A stretch of DNA of 26,905 nt from Verrucomicrobiota bacterium (GCA_009924965.1 RFQN01000001.1:1-26905), one strand, 5' to 3'. Numbered from the stretch's first letter, positions 12,455 through 21,124 are shown. Program-made: numbers and translations. Notes: generated from the sequence alone by a model not told the origin.

Positions 12455-15283
12455 TTAGGTTTGCGGATACTTGGCGGCGAGGGCGTCGCGGCACCGTGGA
12501 GATACCATACCGAATTTTCCGGCGTCCACAAGCGTAGGCACCCATCGCCAAGACCTCGGGCACTTCACCCCAGGGGCATGGTCGACGGCGAAGGCCAGCG
12601 GGGCCTTGGGCTGGGGCTGCAAAGTGACCGCGGAGACGATCCAAAGTTCGGTCAAAAGGCCGGCATGCTGCGAAAGGAGGGCGAAATCGGGGTCGGCCGG
12701 GTCCCCGGTGACCACGACAGCGGCTTCCATGGACTGGCCGATTTTCTTCTCCTGACGGAGGCGCTCCATGGGGACGTTGACCTGGGCGGCCAAGGCATGG
12801 ATGGCGGTCACGGCGGCGTGGGCGGCGAGCCCGGCGGCGTCTTCCCAGGCGGCGTCGACGGCCGGCCAGTCCTGCAGGTGGACGCACGCGCCGTCGACGT
12901 ACTCGGTGCGGGCGTGCAGGTGCGACCACGCCTCGTCCGCGGTGAAGGGGACGAACGGCGCGATCAGCTTGAGGTAGGCGCGCAGCACGAGGTCGAGCGC
13001 GGTCTGCGTCGAACGGCGGAGCGGGTCATTGGGCGCGGTCGTGTAGAGGCGGTCCTTGACGACATTGTGGTAGGTCGCCGACAGCGTGCCCGTCGTGAAC
13101 CCGGCCAAGGCGGCCGCGGCGCGATGGAACTCGTTGCGGTCGCAGGCGTCGGTGACCTCGCGGATCAGCTTGGCGGTCTCGACGAGGACCCAGCGGTCGA
13201 TCGGCGTCAACTGCGCGAGGGGCAAAGCATCCTTGGCCGCGTCGAAGTCGTAGAGGTTGCCGAGCTGGTAGCGCAACGAATTGCGCATACCGCGGTACTG
13301 GTTGGAAATCGTGTCGAAGATGGCGTCGGAGATCGGGATGTCGCTCTGGTAGTTCTCCGAAGCGACCCAGAGGCGCACGATGTCGGCGCCGTATTTCTTG
13401 ACGTAATCGTCCGCCGTCTGCGGCTTGCCGCTGGGGTTGTCGGACTTCGAGATCTTCTGGCGCTTCTCGTTGACGACGAACCCGTGCGTCAGGACCGAAC
13501 GGTAAGGCGCGCTGCCCTTCACGGCGATGGCGGTCCAGAGCGAGGACTGGAACCAACCGCGGTGCTGGTCGGAGCCTTCGAGGTAGAGGTCGGCGGGCCA
13601 ATGGAGGTCCGGATGGCGGGCGCAGACGGCGAGGTGGCTGGAGCCGGAGTCGATCCACACGTCGAGCGTGTCGGTGCCCTTGCGCAGGTCCTTCGGCCAA
13701 GCGGCCGGCACCGGTGCGCCCGCGAGGACCTGCTCGACGGAAGACGCCCACCACCAATCGCCGCCGTGCGTGGCGACCTGAGCGGCGACGTGGCGGACGA
13801 CGCCGGCGTCGAGGTACGACTCGCCGGTCGAGGGCGAATAGAACGACGGGATCGGCACGCCCCAAGCGCGCTGACGCGAGATGCACCAATCTGGGCGGCC
13901 TTCCAAGGCGGCACGGATGCGGTTCTCCCCGCTAGCGGGGATCCACTTCACCTGGCCGACGGCAGCGAGGGCCTTGGCGCGCAGGCCGCCGCGGTCGAGG
14001 CCGACGAACCACTGGTCGAGGGCGCGGAAGACGACCGGCGACTTCGAACGCCAGCAGTGCGGGTATTGGTGCTCGAAGCTCTGGGACTTCAGCAGCGCGC
14101 CCTTCTCCTTGAGCAGACCGAGGACGGCGATGTTCGCCGGGTTCTTGCCGTCGGTCTCCAGGACGGTGACGCCCACCAAGGAAGCCGGCACGCGGCCATC
14201 GTCGGCATAGGTGCCGTCGTCGCGGACCGGGCAATAGGGCTCCAAGCCGTACTTGTTGCCGGTCAGGAAGTCCTCGAGGCCGTGGCCCGGAGCGGTGTGC
14301 ACGCAGCCGGAACCGGCGTCGGTCGTGACGTACTCGGCGAGGACCACCGGCGAGGGCCGGTCGATGAACGGGTGGTGCGGCTGGAGGCCTTCGAGGACGC
14401 GGCCCTTGACGCGGAAGCCGTCGGTCGCGCCTTCCAGGCCACACTCGGCCACGAAGGCGTCGCGCCGGGCGGCGGCGACGAGGAAGGAGCGTTCGCCATG
14501 GCGGACCTCGACGTATTCAAGTTCCGGATGCACCGCGATGGCCAGGTTGGCCGGCAGCGTCCACGGGGTGGTCGTCCAGATGACGACGGAGAGCGGGTGC
14601 GCCGGCGTCAGGCCCTTGGCGGCAGGCTGGGCGACGGGGAAGGCGACCCAGATGGAGTGGGAGCGCTTGGTGAGGTACTCGATCTCGGCCTCGGCCAAGG
14701 CCGTCTGGCACGGGATGGACCAATAGACGGGCTTCTTCGAACGGTAGACCAGGCCTTGTTCGACGAAGCTGCTGAAGCCCTTGAGGATCTCGGCCTCGTA
14801 GGCGGGGTCCATCGTGCGGTACTCGGACTTCCAGTCGGCGAGGATGCCGAGGCGGCGGAACTGCCCGCGCTGCTTCTCGATGTAGGCGGCGGAGAACTCC
14901 GCGCAGGCCTTGCGCACGCCTAGGGCGTCGAGCGACTGCTTATTCGCCTGCAGTTCCTTCATCACCTTGTGCTCGATCGGCAAGCCGTGGCAGTCCCAGC
15001 CTGGGACGTACGGCGTGCGGAACCCGCGCATGGACTTGAAGCGCAGGATGGCGTCCTTGAGGAGCTTGTTCAGCGCGGTGCCGATGTGGACGTCGCCGTT
15101 GGTGAACGGCGGGCCGTCATGGAGCACGAAGGCGGGCTTGCCGGCGGCGCGCTGCTGGATGGCGGCGTAGAGGCCGTTCTTCTCCCAGTGGGCGATGCGC
15201 AGGGGCTCGCGTTCGGCCAGGCCGGCCCGCATGGGGAAATCGGTCACGGGCAGGTTCAGGGTATCCTTGAGCTCTTCGGCCAT
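12455..15283 (-). CDS. ileS: Isoleucine--tRNA ligase (type 1)
   Basis: DTLNLPVTDFPMRA, HDGPPFTNG, GWDCHGLPIE, WTTTPWTLPAN, DWCISRQRAWG, EGSDQHRGWFQ, KISKS. Start at ATG 15283 (MAEELK). Confidence 0.98.
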   Translation of the reverse strand: MAEELKDTLNLPVTDFPMRAGLAEREPLRIAHWEKNGLYAAIQQRAAGKPAFVLHDGPPFTNGDVHIGTALNKLLKDAILRFKSMRGFRTPYVPGWDCHGLPIEHKVMKELQANKQSLDALGVRKACAEFSAAYIEKQRGQFRRLGILADWKSEYRTMDPAYEAEILKGFSSFVEQGLVYRSKKPVYWSIPCQTALAEAEIEYLTKRSHSIWVAFPVAQPAAKGLTPAHPLSVVIWTTTPWTLPANLAIAVHPELEYVEVRHGERSFLVAAARRDAFVAECGLEGATDGFRVKGRVLEGLQPHHPFIDRPSPVVLAEYVTTDAGSGCVHTAPGHGLEDFLTGNKYGLEPYCPVRDDGTYADDGRVPASLVGVTVLETDGKNPANIAVLGLLKEKGALLKSQSFEHQYPHCWRSKSPVVFRALDQWFVGLDRGGLRAKALAAVGQVKWIPASGENRIRAALEGRPDWCISRQRAWGVPIPSFYSPSTGESYLDAGVVRHVAAQVATHGGDWWWASSVEQVLAGAPVPAAWPKDLRKGTDTLDVWIDSGSSHLAVCARHPDLHWPADLYLEGSDQHRGWFQSSLWTAIAVKGSAPYRSVLTHGFVVNEKRQKISKSDNPSGKPQTADDYVKKYGADIVRLWVASENYQSDIPISDAIFDTISNQYRGMRNSLRYQLGNLYDFDAAKDALPLAQLTPIDRWVLVETAKLIREVTDACDRNEFHRAAAALAGFTTGTLSATYHNVVKDRLYTTAPNDPLRRSTQTALDLVLRAYLKLIAPFVPFTADEAWSHLHARTEYVDGACVHLQDWPAVDAAWEDAAGLAAHAAVTAIHALAAQVNVPMERLRQEKKIGQSMEAAVVVTGDPADPDFALLSQHAGLLTELWIVSAVTLQPQPKAPLAFAVDHAPGVKCPRSWRWVPTLVDAGKFGMVSPRCRDALAAKYPQT

Positions 15284-15422
15284 ATGGGCGGTAAAATGAG
15301 GGAGATTGACCCGGTTAGGCAATACCCTGCCGGGGCGGGCAGGGTGAACGGCCCGACGGGCGTGGCAAGGGTGGAGATATCCGCCCAAGAATACCCATAA
15401 AACGGGGGCTGGCGGGGCGAGA

Positions 15423-15451
15423 TTGACAGGCGGGGCCAGAAAGGCACGAAT
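15423..15451 (+). promoter_or_regulatory. Putative sigma70 promoter for the 15460 gene
   Basis: Perfect TTGACA (15423-15428), N17, weak ACGAAT (15446-15451), 8 nt before the ATG. Confidence 0.3.
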
Positions 15452-15459
15452 CACTCCCC

Positions 15460-15729
15460 ATGGACAACAACATGAAGCCCAAGCTGATCACCAAGTGGGG
15501 GGTCGTCGTCGACCTCACCTTGACCGTGATCTTCTTCGCCTGGATGACCACGGTGCTCAAGAAGCACGTGCCCTGGGGCGGCGAATCCAGCGACACCGCC
15601 ATTCTCCTCGGCGCCATGCTCTGCTCGGCCTGCCTCTCGGGCGTGCTCTGGATGGCCCTCAACCTGTTCCGCGTGACCTTGGCGGACCAGATGCTCCCGA
15701 AGGACGCCTCCGACAAGCAAGGCCGCTAA
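15460..15729 (+). CDS. Small hypothetical membrane protein (two TM helices)
   Basis: Two hydrophobic segments, strong GC3 bias and its own terminator. Confidence 0.72.
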   Translation: MDNNMKPKLITKWGVVVDLTLTVIFFAWMTTVLKKHVPWGGESSDTAILLGAMLCSACLSGVLWMALNLFRVTLADQMLPKDASDKQGR

Positions 15730-15750
15730 GCCCAGTCGGCGTCCGCCTTC

Positions 15751-15777
15751 AGGCCAGCCGCGCGCTGGCCTTTTTTT
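15751..15777 (+). terminator. Intrinsic terminator
   Basis: AGGCCAGC-CGCGC-GCTGGCCT followed by a T-run. Confidence 0.85.
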
Positions 15778-16876
15778 ATTTCAGGGTAGGTTCAGCCAAG
15801 ACGCCTTGGATCTCCTTCCGCAGGGCTTCGGCCTCGCCCCACTCTTTCTGGAAATCGGCCCAAATGGCGTCGAGCTCCTCCGGTGACGACTTCGGGAAGC
15901 GCTCCAGCCAAGCGCCCAAGGTCCGCCAAGCGTTGTGGTAGACGGGGTTCTGGCGCAGGATCTCCCGACGGAGCGCCAAGAGCCGGGCTTCCATCGCCTT
16001 CTGCACGCCGGCCGCGTCCCGTTGCCGCACCGCCTGCGGACCGGTCAACACGACGTCACCCGCACCGAGGTCGAAGACGAAGCGCGTGGCCTCGGCCAAG
16101 GCCTCCGCGGATTCCCGCATGCCCAAGCTGACCGGACTGCGCGTGAGCAAGAGGTTCGCGCGCGCGACCAGCCACCAATCCTCTTCCGACTTAGCCAATC
16201 CGGCCAAAACCTTCCGCGTGTCCCGCCCCTGGGCGGCGGCGATGAGCACCCGGGTCTGCTCACCGGAAAGGCCGACGTCATGGCGCAACGCCCGCCAAAA
16301 CAGGAACGCTTCACGCTCCGGCGCCTTGCCCTGCAGGATATCGGCGACCCGCGCCGGCGCAACCAAGCGGCCTTCGCGATACCAATAATCCACCAGCGCA
16401 GGACGCAGGAGCGCCCGGGTCTCGCTCGCCAAGGCCTGCGCGACCCAAGGCTCGCTCGCGGCCACCGGTTGGCCCGCCGCGAAAGCCACGCGCCCGACCC
16501 ACGTGCGGGCAGCCGCCTCCGCGGCCCGCTGCGCCGCCACGGCGGCGTCGGCCAGCCGGAGCGAAACCACGACCTGGCCGGACTGCACCTGCACGCTGAC
16601 GTCAGGCTTGCCCGGCAAATCGACGATCTCCAAACGGCCTTTCGCCTGAGGCACGCCGTTGACGACGCCAGGGATCGGCGGAATGGCTAAGACCTGCTGC
16701 GTGTAGCGCTCCATGGCCGTGCAGTGCAGGGCGACGAAGCTGACTTCCGACAGCTCATAGCCCAGCACCACGGCCAAGCCGCCTTCATTGGCGAAAATGC
16801 GCGGAGCCTCCGGCGCGGGTGCCGCGGCAGGCTCGCCTGCCGCGAGGAACACGCACGTCGCCAAGAGGCTCAGCAT
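15776..16876 (-). CDS. Hypothetical exported protein
   Basis: ATG at 16876, 4 nt after the upstream stop. Signal-like MLSLLATCVFLAAG plus a PAAAPAPEAP linker. No family recognised. Confidence 0.7.
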   Translation of the reverse strand: MLSLLATCVFLAAGEPAAAPAPEAPRIFANEGGLAVVLGYELSEVSFVALHCTAMERYTQQVLAIPPIPGVVNGVPQAKGRLEIVDLPGKPDVSVQVQSGQVVVSLRLADAAVAAQRAAEAAARTWVGRVAFAAGQPVAASEPWVAQALASETRALLRPALVDYWYREGRLVAPARVADILQGKAPEREAFLFWRALRHDVGLSGEQTRVLIAAAQGRDTRKVLAGLAKSEEDWWLVARANLLLTRSPVSLGMRESAEALAEATRFVFDLGAGDVVLTGPQAVRQRDAAGVQKAMEARLLALRREILRQNPVYHNAWRTLGAWLERFPKSSPEELDAIWADFQKEWGEAEALRKEIQGVLAEPTLK

Positions 16877-16880
16877 GGCA

Positions 16881-18101
16881 TCACGAACCAGTGAAATGGC
16901 TCTCGTCGACTTCGACCGGCTCGCCCCCGGAAAGGTGCAGCGGTTCGCCCAGCGGCGTCTGGTCGTTCTTCCAGATTTCCACGGTCGCCGGCGCATCGGG
17001 CTCAGGCGAAACCCACTGCCAGCGGCCGATGCCGAGGAAGGTCATGAGCTGCCCCTTGTCCGGGCTCAACCCCGGGCCCGTGCCGCGCACGTAGGGCTTG
17101 TTGCCGATGCCGATCATCAAGTTGATGGTGAGCGCCGTACCGCCCCCCGCCGGAGCGTCCGCGGGCGGCGCGTCGACAGACTCGACGGAAACTTCTTCTT
17201 CCTCCGTCTCTTCCTCCTCATCCGCTGGCTCCACCGCGGCGGCTTCGGCGACGGGCGGGGTGAGCTCCAATTCATTCGACGTCTTCGCGCCATCGATGAG
17301 GACGTCGTCTTCGTCAGCCTCCGGCTCTTCGTCGGTGACCGACGACGGGCTAGGAGCGGAGGCGACCGGAGGGTTTGCCTGCAAGGACTTCACGTCGGCC
17401 TGCACGGCCTCCAGCGCTTCGTTGAGCTTATCCGTGGCGGCGGCGGCCTTCTGGCCCGACTTCTTCAAGTCTTCGCGCAGCTTCTTCAGGTCGTCTTCGA
17501 CGGACGAGTGCTGGGCGCCGGCCTCGGTGCGCAGCGCCTTCACGGACTCGGCAGTTTCCTCCACGTCGGCGACGGCGCCGCGGACGGACACCGCCAAGGC
17601 TTCGACCTGCGCCGTCAATTCCTCGACAGCTTCTTGCTTCGCCGTATTGCCGCTCGCAGCGACAGCCGACTCCAAGACCTTGGCCCGCGCTTCCAGCGCG
17701 GCGACCGCGGCCTTGAGCGCGTTCAGTTCGGCCGAGGCGCGTTGGGCGACCGCGGCGGCCGCGGCTTCGCCCGCCTGCCGGGCGGTCACTTCGATTTCGC
17801 CGACACGGCGAGAGACGGCTTCGGTGCCGGCGCGGAAGTCATCGCGCAGGCCGTCAATCTCCGCCGCCAGCGCCGCGCGTAGGCGCGCCTGCTCAGCGAG
17901 ACGTTCCTTTTTCTCCCCGCCATCCATCAGCACGGGGATGACCACGATGAGGGAAGCGCCGAGGATGCCGACCACCGCGAGGAAAGCCTCCCAGCCGTCG
18001 CGGGGGTTGAGGTCCAGGTAAAGGATGGCGAGGACGGCGATGCCGTCGGCCGCCACGAGGTACCATTTTTCTTTGAGGATCTTCTCGAGGTCGCGGTTCA
18101 T
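16881..18101 (-). CDS. Membrane-anchored coiled-coil protein with acidic linker and C-terminal beta-rich domain
   Basis: Two N-terminal TM segments, Ala/Glu/Lys heptad region, Glu/Pro/Asp linker, C-terminal IGIGNKPYVRGTGPGLS...GRWQW domain. Confidence 0.75.
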   Translation of the reverse strand: MNRDLEKILKEKWYLVAADGIAVLAILYLDLNPRDGWEAFLAVVGILGASLIVVIPVLMDGGEKKERLAEQARLRAALAAEIDGLRDDFRAGTEAVSRRVGEIEVTARQAGEAAAAAVAQRASAELNALKAAVAALEARAKVLESAVAASGNTAKQEAVEELTAQVEALAVSVRGAVADVEETAESVKALRTEAGAQHSSVEDDLKKLREDLKKSGQKAAAATDKLNEALEAVQADVKSLQANPPVASAPSPSSVTDEEPEADEDDVLIDGAKTSNELELTPPVAEAAAVEPADEEEETEEEEVSVESVDAPPADAPAGGGTALTINLMIGIGNKPYVRGTGPGLSPDKGQLMTFLGIGRWQWVSPEPDAPATVEIWKNDQTPLGEPLHLSGGEPVEVDESHFTGS

Positions 18102-18127
18102 GGGGTAGGTTCGGGGTAAGAGGGAAC

Positions 18128-19147
18128 TCAGCGCGGCCGCTCGACGAAGCCGACCTTGCGGTTGACCTTGGACAGCGTGCGGAAGGCCGTGGCTTGGGCC
18201 TTTTCGGCGCCAGCCTTGAAGATCGCGTTCAGCGCTTCGCGGTCCTTGATGAGCTCGTCGTAACGCAGGCGCACCGGGTCGAGGGTCGCGACGACGGCGT
18301 CAGCGACGGTCTTCTTGAAGTCACCGTAGCCCTTGCCTGCGAACTCCGCGGTGAGCGTCGGGACATCGCGGCCGGTGCAAGCCGAGAGGATGGTGAGAAG
18401 GTTCGTGACGCCGGGCTTGTCGTCGCCGGGGCGGACTTCGGAGCCCGAATCGGTCACCGCCGACATGAGCTTCTTGCGGATCTCCTCGGGGCGGTCGGTG
18501 ACGTAGACGACGGAAGACTGGTTCGGGTCGGACTTCGACATCTTAGAGGTGGGATCCTGCAAGGACATGATGCGGGAACCGACCTTGGAGATGAACGGCG
18601 AGGGGACCTTAAAGGTCTCGGAATAGCGGTGGTTGAACTTCTCCGCCAAGTCGCGCGCTAGCTCGAGGTGCTGCTTCTGGTCGTCGCCGACCGGGACGAG
18701 CTCCGCGTTGTAGAGCAAGATGTCCGCCGCCATCAGGACCGGATAGAACAGTAGCCCGGAATCGACCGACTGCTGCTTCTTGGCCTTATCCTTGAACTGG
18801 GTCATGCGCTCCAGCTGGCCGAGCGGGCAGAGGCAGCCCAAGATCCAGGCCAACTCGGTGTGGCCAATGACGTGGGACTGGGCGAACAGATGGCTCCGGG
18901 CGGGGTCGAGGCCGCAGGCGACGTACTGCGCCAAGCAGGAATAGGTGTTCTCCCGGAGCTGGGCCGGGACATGCGGGACCGTGATGGCGTGCTGGTCGAC
19001 GATGCCGAAATAGCACTCGTAGTCATCCTGCATGCGCCCCCAGTTCAGGACGGCCCCCAGGTAATTCCCCAGATGAAGGCGGCCCGTCGGCTGGGCGCAG
19101 GTCAGGACCACCGGCTTGGCGGGCTTTTTTTCGGCTATTTCGCTCAT
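18128..19147 (-). CDS. trpS: Tryptophan--tRNA ligase
   Basis: QPTGRLHLGNYLG, YPVLMAADIL, VPVGDDQKQHLEL, KMSKSD. Start at ATG 19147. Confidence 0.97.
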   Translation of the reverse strand: MSEIAEKKPAKPVVLTCAQPTGRLHLGNYLGAVLNWGRMQDDYECYFGIVDQHAITVPHVPAQLRENTYSCLAQYVACGLDPARSHLFAQSHVIGHTELAWILGCLCPLGQLERMTQFKDKAKKQQSVDSGLLFYPVLMAADILLYNAELVPVGDDQKQHLELARDLAEKFNHRYSETFKVPSPFISKVGSRIMSLQDPTSKMSKSDPNQSSVVYVTDRPEEIRKKLMSAVTDSGSEVRPGDDKPGVTNLLTILSACTGRDVPTLTAEFAGKGYGDFKKTVADAVVATLDPVRLRYDELIKDREALNAIFKAGAEKAQATAFRTLSKVNRKVGFVERPR

Positions 19148-19266
19148 TCCTCTGGTGCCCAGCGTGGCAAGGCACAGGCTAGGCATCAAGCGGATTGGGA
19201 TGTCGGTGACGCTTGAAATGGCGGATTCTTCCGCCTACATAAAACAACGCTCCTCCCCCCTTCCCT

Positions 19267-20400
19267 ATGTTCCTCGCTCAAGTCGCCCCAGCGGCCGCTC
19301 CAGCCGCCGCCACCTCCGCCAATAAATTCTACATCATCGGGGACCTAGATGCCGTAAAGCCGGAGGGCCCCCAGAGCTGGCCGGACGTCATCCTCCACAA
19401 TCTAGGCTACATCGCCCTCGCCTTCGTCATCGGCTGGATGGCGAAGAAGGCTCTGGGCTGGGCGGCGACCAAATTCGACCGCAGTCCCATCGCCGAGGCT
19501 GCCGTCGCGGCGGTCGGCAAAGCCCTGCCCGCCGTACTCCCCGCCTACGCCCTCCTGTTCATCATCAAGGAAAACGCCTCTTACCTGGCGCACGCGGACT
19601 GGTTGCACACCGCCGCCGTGAGCGCGATCTTCGTCGCCTCGCTGGCCCACTCGACGGCCGTCTTCTACCTCGTCGAGATCCCCATCGCCTGGGCCAAGAA
19701 GATCGCCGACGAGACCGAGAACAAACTCGACGACGTCCTCGTCCCAATGATTTCCACGGTCATCAAGATCTCGGTCATCCTTGTCGGCGGCTTCAAGGCC
19801 ATCTCGATCGTCGACCCGAAGTCCTCGGAAGCCATCCTCGGCCTCCTCGCCGGTGCCGTCGTCGGCCTCGCCTTCGCCTCGCAGGACACCATCAAGAACG
19901 TCTTCGGTGCGGTCATGCTCATCGTCGACCAGCCCTTCACGCTCGGCGACCTCATCAACATCGGCACCCACGAGGGCAAGGTCGAGGCCCTCGGCCTGCG
20001 TTCCACGACCATCGTGCTCGTCGACGGCCAAAAGCTCGCCATCCCGAACGGCGACCTCGCCAACCGCGCCATCGTCAACGTCACGCGCCGCGACTTCATC
20101 CGCGCCCAGGACCTCGTCCACCTCGAGACCAACACGCCGGCCGAGCAGATCCAGCAGGCCGTCACCATCGTGCGCGAACTGCTGGCCAACCATGAAGGCT
20201 TCGACCCGCGCCACCCCCCGCTCGTGCACGTCACCGAGTTCAGCGACTGGGCCGTGAACGTCCGCTACATGTACTGGTACTACCCGGCCAGTGCCGCCAA
20301 GCAGCTCGAGTTCAACCAGAAGCTCATGCTCCGCATCACCGAAAAGCTCCAGGCCGCCGGCATCCGCCTCGCGGTCCAAGGCACGCCCCAACCCCGCTGA
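19267..20400 (+). CDS. Small-conductance mechanosensitive channel (MscS family)
   Basis: GLAFASQDTIKNVFG, DQPFTLGDLI, GKVEALGLRSTTI, IPNGDLAN, IVNVTR. Confidence 0.9.
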   Translation: MFLAQVAPAAAPAAATSANKFYIIGDLDAVKPEGPQSWPDVILHNLGYIALAFVIGWMAKKALGWAATKFDRSPIAEAAVAAVGKALPAVLPAYALLFIIKENASYLAHADWLHTAAVSAIFVASLAHSTAVFYLVEIPIAWAKKIADETENKLDDVLVPMISTVIKISVILVGGFKAISIVDPKSSEAILGLLAGAVVGLAFASQDTIKNVFGAVMLIVDQPFTLGDLINIGTHEGKVEALGLRSTTIVLVDGQKLAIPNGDLANRAIVNVTRRDFIRAQDLVHLETNTPAEQIQQAVTIVRELLANHEGFDPRHPPLVHVTEFSDWAVNVRYMYWYYPASAAKQLEFNQKLMLRITEKLQAAGIRLAVQGTPQPR

Positions 20401-20406
20401 TTTCCC

Positions 20407-21111
20407 ATGGCCCTCATCGAAGTCTCCCACCTCCAGAAATCCTACGGCGCCATCCGCGCCGTCAAGGACGTCTCCTTCTCCGTCGAACGCGGCGAAGTCG
20501 TCGGCTTCCTCGGCCCCAACGGCGCCGGCAAGTCCACGACCATGAAGCTGCTCACGGGCTACCTGCGGCCCGACGCCGGCTCGGCCGTGGTCGCGGGCTT
20601 CGACGTGACGGAAAACCCGGTGGCCGCCAAGGCCCACCTCGGCTACTCGCCCGAAGGCGCGCCGGCCTATGGTGAGATGACCGTCCGCGAGTTCCTGCGC
20701 TTCGCCGCGGAGCTGCGCGGCCTCGCCGACCCCGCCCAGCGCGTGGCCGACACGCTCAAGCTCTGCCGCCTCGAAGAGGTCGCCGGTCAGGCCGTCGACA
20801 CGCTCTCTAAGGGCTACCGTATGCGCGTGGGTTTCGCCCAAGCGGTCATCCACGACCCCGCCGTGCTCATCCTCGACGAGCCGACCGATGGCCTTGACCC
20901 GAACCAGAAGTTCGAGGTGCGCCGCATCCTCAAGGACATGGCCGCCCGCAAGGCCGTCATCGTCTCGACGCACATCCTCGAAGAAGTCGGCGAACTCTGC
21001 ACGCGCGTGATCGTCATCGCGCAGGGCGAAGTCCGTTGCGACGAATCCAAGGAACGCTTCCTCAAACGCGGCGCCGACCTCAACCAGGTCTTCCGCCAGC
21101 TCACCGCCTAA
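20407..21111 (+). CDS. ABC transporter ATP-binding protein, GldA-like
   Basis: GPNGAGKSTT, LSKGYRMRVG, LILDEPTDGLDPNQ, STHILEEV. Confidence 0.9.
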   Translation: MALIEVSHLQKSYGAIRAVKDVSFSVERGEVVGFLGPNGAGKSTTMKLLTGYLRPDAGSAVVAGFDVTENPVAAKAHLGYSPEGAPAYGEMTVREFLRFAAELRGLADPAQRVADTLKLCRLEEVAGQAVDTLSKGYRMRVGFAQAVIHDPAVLILDEPTDGLDPNQKFEVRRILKDMAARKAVIVSTHILEEVGELCTRVIVIAQGEVRCDESKERFLKRGADLNQVFRQLTA

Positions 21112-21124
21112 TCGACCTACGACC

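Noticed and set aside
11444-14923. 1159-aa ORF on + strand
   Set aside because: Antisense shadow of dksA/ileS. Strong GC3 bias removes stops from the mirror frame, and the translation has no motifs or domain-like composition.
15284-15454. N-terminal extensions given by the ORF track (ileS to 15454, trpS to 19189, rplS from 4927, nuoA from 24914, flavin reductase to 11030, 15776 gene to 16996, 6026 gene to 6334)
   Set aside because: They overlap neighbouring genes, terminators or promoters. Family-typical N-termini start at the downstream ATGs used above.
15284-15459. T-box riboswitch upstream of ileS (or of trpS)
   Set aside because: No T-box consensus (AGGGTGGNACCGCG) or terminator/antiterminator, and the leaders are too short.
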